This document shows positions 59,460 to 62,602 of a stretch of 62,602 nt of DNA, one piece after another. Origin of the DNA: a virus. Under the pieces are notes generated by a model that was not told the origin of the DNA, ran no database searches, and saw only the letters and a program-made list of their open reading frames with translations. Location: IMG/VR virus record IMGVR_UViG_3300046460_000197, positions 1-62,602 of that record; one strand, 5' to 3'. Made by a program: the position numbers and the translations under genes. Positions within the stretch are counted from its first letter, which is position 1. Each line of letters opens with the position of its first letter.

Positions 59460-60316
59460 CCGTGAAGCCGCTCGCCGAACACGGAACCACAGCCCGCGCC
59501 AAAGGGCGCCCCTCCGCAGGCATCCCCGGCTGCCCCTGCCCCCGCTGCCGCCGCGCCGAAAACGCCTACGACAAGCGCCGCCGCTTCCTCAACCAGACCG
59601 GCCGCACCCTCATGGTCGACACCGCCCCCGTCGCCGCACACCTCCGAGGCCTCTTCGCCGCAGGAGCCGGCTGGATCCAGCTCGCCGCGATCTCCGGCTG
59701 CTCCACCTCCACCCTGCACAACCTGCTCACCGAGCAGAACCCGCGCTGCCGCCGCGCCACCGCCAACAAGATCCTCGCCATCCAGCCCGGTGACGCCATT
59801 CCCGACCACCGCGGCATCCCCGCCACCGGCACCGTCCGCAGGGTCCGCGCACTCATGACCCTCGCCCACACCTGCCGGGCAATCAGCCAGGCCTGCCAGA
59901 TCGACCACAGCACGCTCTCCGACCTCCTCACCGGCCGGCTGGACGCCGTATCCATCGGCCTCGCCAACAGGGTCGCCGACGGCTATCGCACCCTCAGCCG
60001 AACCACTGGAGCATCCGCCCGGTCCCGCAACCGGGCCACCCGCGAACGCTGGGCACCGCCTGCCGCCTGGGACGACGACACCATCGACGACCCGAACGCC
60101 CAGCCCGAGTACGGCCGCGAGCTCAGCTTCCACGAGCGGGCCGAACTCCGCCGCGAAGAGATCATCCACTTCGCCTGGCACGGCGACACCCCCGAGCAGA
60201 TCCTCGCCCGCCTCAACGGCGAGATGTCCATCTCCACCGTCCGCCAGATCGTCCAGGACTGGCGCACCGGCCAGAAGCGCGACCGTCGTCCCAACTCCCT
60301 GAAGGAAGCCGCCTGA
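59456..60316 (+). CDS. Hypothetical DNA-binding-like protein (286 aa)
   Basis: N-terminal CPCPRCRR, repeated HTH-like segments (ISGCSTSTLHNLL, QACQIDHSTLSDLL) and a C-terminal MSISTVRQIVQDWR. Confidence 0.55.
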   Translation: MTVKPLAEHGTTARAKGRPSAGIPGCPCPRCRRAENAYDKRRRFLNQTGRTLMVDTAPVAAHLRGLFAAGAGWIQLAAISGCSTSTLHNLLTEQNPRCRRATANKILAIQPGDAIPDHRGIPATGTVRRVRALMTLAHTCRAISQACQIDHSTLSDLLTGRLDAVSIGLANRVADGYRTLSRTTGASARSRNRATRERWAPPAAWDDDTIDDPNAQPEYGRELSFHERAELRREEIIHFAWHGDTPEQILARLNGEMSISTVRQIVQDWRTGQKRDRRPNSLKEAA

Positions 60317-62118
60317 TGTACCGCAACGACAACGACGCGCTCACCGTCATGGACTGGTTCTGCGGCGCTGGTGGCTCCAGCCAGGGCATGCACTCCATTC
60401 CGGGTGTCCGGATGGAGCGGGCCGCGAACCACTGGGAGCGGGCGATCGAATCGCACGCCGCGAACTTCCCCACCGTCGACCACTACCGCGGCGACATCCG
60501 CGAAGCGCCGGTGGACAAGTGGCCCGTCACCGACATCTTCTGGGCGAGCCCCGAATGCCCGCAGTGGTCCAACGCCCGCGGCAAGAAGCGCGACTTCGAC
60601 GCCTCCCTCCAGGGCGACCTCTTCGACGGCTTCGGACCGTCCGAGGAAGTCGAACGATCCCGCGCCCTGATGGAGGAGGTGCCGCTGTACCTGCGCGGAG
60701 TCCAGCAACGCGGCGGCCTCGTCAAGGCCGGCGTGGTTGAGAACGTCGTCGACGTGCGCGCCTGGGACCAGTGGGACCGGTGGCTCGGCGAGCTCCACAA
60801 GCTCGGCTACCGCACCCGCGTCATCGCCCTCAACAGCATGCACGCCGACCCGCGCACCGTGCACAAGGCGCCGCAGAGCAGGGACCGCCTGTACGTCGCC
60901 TACTGGCACGCCTCCCTCGGCCGGACCCCGGACTGGGACAAGTGGCTTCGGCCGCGCGCCTGGTGCACGAGCTGCGACATGTGGGTGCAGGCCGTGCAGC
61001 GCTTCAAGCAGCCCGGCCGCGACATGGGCCGCTACCGCCAGCAGTACGTGTACCGCTGCCCGAACGTGGCCTGCCGCAACCAGGTCGTCGAGCCGGAGAC
61101 CCTGCCCGCCGCCGTCGCCATCGACTGGACCCTGCCCGGGCAGCGCATCGGTGACCGGACCAAGCCCCTCGCCGACAAGACCCTCGCCCGCATCCAGGCC
61201 GGCCTCGACAAGTTCGCCCGGCCCATCACCCTCGAAGCCGCAGGCAACACCTTCGAACGACGCCCCGGCGTCCGCACCTGGCCCGTTGACGCACCCCTCA
61301 CCACCCAGACCACCACACCCACCAAGGCCGTCGCCTACGAGCCGTTCATGGTCCCGGCCGGCGGCACCTGGCGCAACGACCCCTCCAGCGTGCTGGACCC
61401 GATGGCCTGCCGGACCACCCGCGAGAACGACGGCCTCGCCATCCCGCCCCTCCTCATCCCCGTCGAAGGCCGCGACGGGAAGGAGCCCGCGTCCGCGAAC
61501 AACCCGCTCCGCACCCAGACCGCGCGCAACGAGACCGGCCTTGCCTGGCTGCCGTTCATGGTCACCATGCGCGGCGGCGGCGACCAGCTCCGAGGCCGCT
61601 CCATCAGCGAGCCCGTCGGCACCGTGTCGGCGAACGGCAACCACCACGGCCTGGTCACTCCGAACCTGCCCGCGTTCGTGATGCGCAACAACGGCAGCAC
61701 CGGTGACGGCGGCGAGCACTGCACCACAGCGGCCGAGTACTTCCACACCATGACCACGGCCGGCCACCAGTCCCTCGTCACCTGGGAACACCTTCTCGTC
61801 CCCTACTACGGCAACGGCACGGCGAAGACCGTCCGCGAGCCCGTCGGCACCCTGTCCACCCGCGACCGGTACGCCCTCGTCCAGGGCAACGTCGACATCA
61901 ACGACGTCCTCTTCCGGATGCTCGAGCCCCACGAGATCGGCCGCGCGATGAGCTTCGCCGATCAGTACATCGTCCTGGGCTCCAAGCGCGAACGGGTCCG
62001 CCAGTACGGCAACGCCGTCACCCCGAACTGCGCCGAAGTCATCGTCTCCGCACTCGTCGAAGCGATCACCGGCGAGGACATCGAGCGGCACGCCGAGCCG
62101 CAGTTGGCCGCCGCGTGA
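60316..62118 (+). CDS. DNA (cytosine-5) methyltransferase, orphan
   Basis: 600 aa. Motif I DWFCGAGGSSQG, motif IV SPECPQWS, motif VI ENV, motif X QYGNAVTP, and a very long variable region. No adjacent restriction endonuclease was recognised. Confidence 0.85.
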   Translation: MYRNDNDALTVMDWFCGAGGSSQGMHSIPGVRMERAANHWERAIESHAANFPTVDHYRGDIREAPVDKWPVTDIFWASPECPQWSNARGKKRDFDASLQGDLFDGFGPSEEVERSRALMEEVPLYLRGVQQRGGLVKAGVVENVVDVRAWDQWDRWLGELHKLGYRTRVIALNSMHADPRTVHKAPQSRDRLYVAYWHASLGRTPDWDKWLRPRAWCTSCDMWVQAVQRFKQPGRDMGRYRQQYVYRCPNVACRNQVVEPETLPAAVAIDWTLPGQRIGDRTKPLADKTLARIQAGLDKFARPITLEAAGNTFERRPGVRTWPVDAPLTTQTTTPTKAVAYEPFMVPAGGTWRNDPSSVLDPMACRTTRENDGLAIPPLLIPVEGRDGKEPASANNPLRTQTARNETGLAWLPFMVTMRGGGDQLRGRSISEPVGTVSANGNHHGLVTPNLPAFVMRNNGSTGDGGEHCTTAAEYFHTMTTAGHQSLVTWEHLLVPYYGNGTAKTVREPVGTLSTRDRYALVQGNVDINDVLFRMLEPHEIGRAMSFADQYIVLGSKRERVRQYGNAVTPNCAEVIVSALVEAITGEDIERHAEPQLAAA

Positions 62119-62201
62119 CCGCCGTCTGCCGGCCGCGCGCCGGACCCTGACCCGCCGCCAGTGACCCGCCGCCAACCAGAGCTACCGAGAGAAGAGACCA
62201 C

Positions 62202-62602
62202 GTGAGCATCGACGCCATGTACTGGGTCTGGCTCCACTCCCAGTCGAAGGGAGCCGGACGGCACGTCATGCTGGCAATCGCCAACCGGATCACCGGCGAC
62301 GACGGCGCCGCGCGGGTCAGCACTGCGGAGCTCGCGCGGTTCAGCAACGCAGCCCGATCGTCCGTCATCAAGGCCATCGACGCCCTCGTGAAGTCCGGCG
62401 AACTGGACCTTCTCGAGGAAGGCCGAGGGACTCGGCCGACGCTCTACAGGATCCCCGGAACGGTCGGATTCGCGCGCCCCGACTTCGGTTCTAGAGGTCC
62501 GGTGACCGGACCCCTAGAGGGTGGCCAGGGGTCCGAAAACCGGACCGCTAGGGGAAACGCTAGGGGTCCGGTGACCGGACCCCAGGGGTCCGAAAACCGG
62601 AC
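62202..62602 (+). CDS. N-terminal part of the replication-initiator-like wHTH protein (runs off the window end and continues at nt 2)
   Basis: GTG 62202 after GAGAGAAGAGA. MYWVWLHSQSKGAGRHVMLAIANRITGDDGAARVSTAELARFSNAARSSVIKAIDALVKSGELDLLEEG (phage/plasmid Rep-type wHTH). No stop before the window end. Confidence 0.65.
   Translation, partial: MSIDAMYWVWLHSQSKGAGRHVMLAIANRITGDDGAARVSTAELARFSNAARSSVIKAIDALVKSGELDLLEEGRGTRPTLYRIPGTVGFARPDFGSRGPVTGPLEGGQGSENRTARGNARGPVTGPQGSENR
62496..62602. repeat. Iteron array inside the initiator gene (copies 1-4): candidate ori
   Basis: GGTCCGGTGACCGGACC at 62496 and 62565; GGTCCGAAAACCGGACC at 62530 and 62587. Each has perfect inverted arms, and CTAGRGG motifs are interspersed. 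The array encodes the repeated peptides GPVTGP and GSENRT. Confidence 0.6.

Larger units (their letters stand above)
1..62602. mobile_element. Complete temperate siphovirus-like actinophage / prophage-derived circular element
   Basis: Full set of virion, lysis, integration, immunity and replication genes. nt 1-21 equal nt 62582-62602, and one ORF stays in frame across the joined ends. Confidence 0.85.

Noticed and set aside
62496-62602. Repeat array at the window ends considered as a CRISPR array or as virion direct terminal repeats
   Set aside because: The repeats are 17 bp and palindromic, and they alternate between two types with 5-18 bp between them. They lie in-frame inside an ORF, and no cas genes are present. 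The 21-nt end identity is too short for a DTR and is itself part of an iteron, so it fits an ori/assembly overlap better.
1-62602. Search for tRNA, tmRNA and rRNA genes, a serine integrase, ParA/ParB, and recognisable defence effectors (RT, Cas, TIR, Sir2, cyclase, restriction endonuclease)
   Set aside because: None was recognised by eye in any intergenic region or ORF translation. This negative result is limited by the lack of profile searches.

Overview
High-GC, GC3-biased actinomycete (Streptomyces-like) DNA. All calls come from reading the sequence and the ORF track by eye; no searches were run. The window reads as one complete temperate siphovirus-type element. Its first and last 21 nt are identical, and one ORF (62202..end, then 2..448) stays in frame across the junction, so it is probably a circularly closed contig rather than a chromosomal slice. 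Modules in order: (1) Replication: a wHTH initiator whose own coding sequence carries five 17-bp palindromic iterons, a DnaC/IstB-like loader and DnaB. (2) About 6 kb of small early genes plus a PAPS-reductase-like protein. (3) A Streptomyces plasmid/AICE-style transfer block: a GntR/UTRA Kor-like repressor flanked by four HutC-type operator-like sites, small Spd-like proteins, a DUF2637-like membrane protein, a TraB-type FtsK/SpoIIIE translocase with GACCCGG-type repeats at its 3' end, and GIY-YIG and T5orf172 nuclease-like genes. (4) Fibre-like genes with 60-bp tandem repeats. (5) HNH, a candidate cos region, TerS, TerL, portal, MuF-like protein, scaffold, HK97-like capsid, a second HNH in a low-GC islet, head-tail genes, major tail protein, a chaperone pair with a CCCTTTC -1 frameshift site, tape measure, minor tail proteins, a glucuronyl-C5-epimerase-like protein, amidase endolysin and holin-like proteins. 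(6) An accessory island dense in small regulators: a MucR-like Zn-finger protein, a Cre-like tyrosine recombinase, a LexA DNA-binding-domain-only protein with SOS-box-like sites, a GntR wHTH and an XRE protein. (7) An attP-like region carrying the 3' end of an acyl-CoA dehydrogenase gene next to a tyrosine integrase. (8) A CI/Cro-like switch, an Xis-like HTH, a DnaN-like protein, YqaJ exonuclease/RecT and an orphan C5 DNA methyltransferase. The most unusual feature is a full virion gene set combined with an AICE-like conjugative transfer/spread block and two different tyrosine recombinases. No tRNA, rRNA or CRISPR array was seen.
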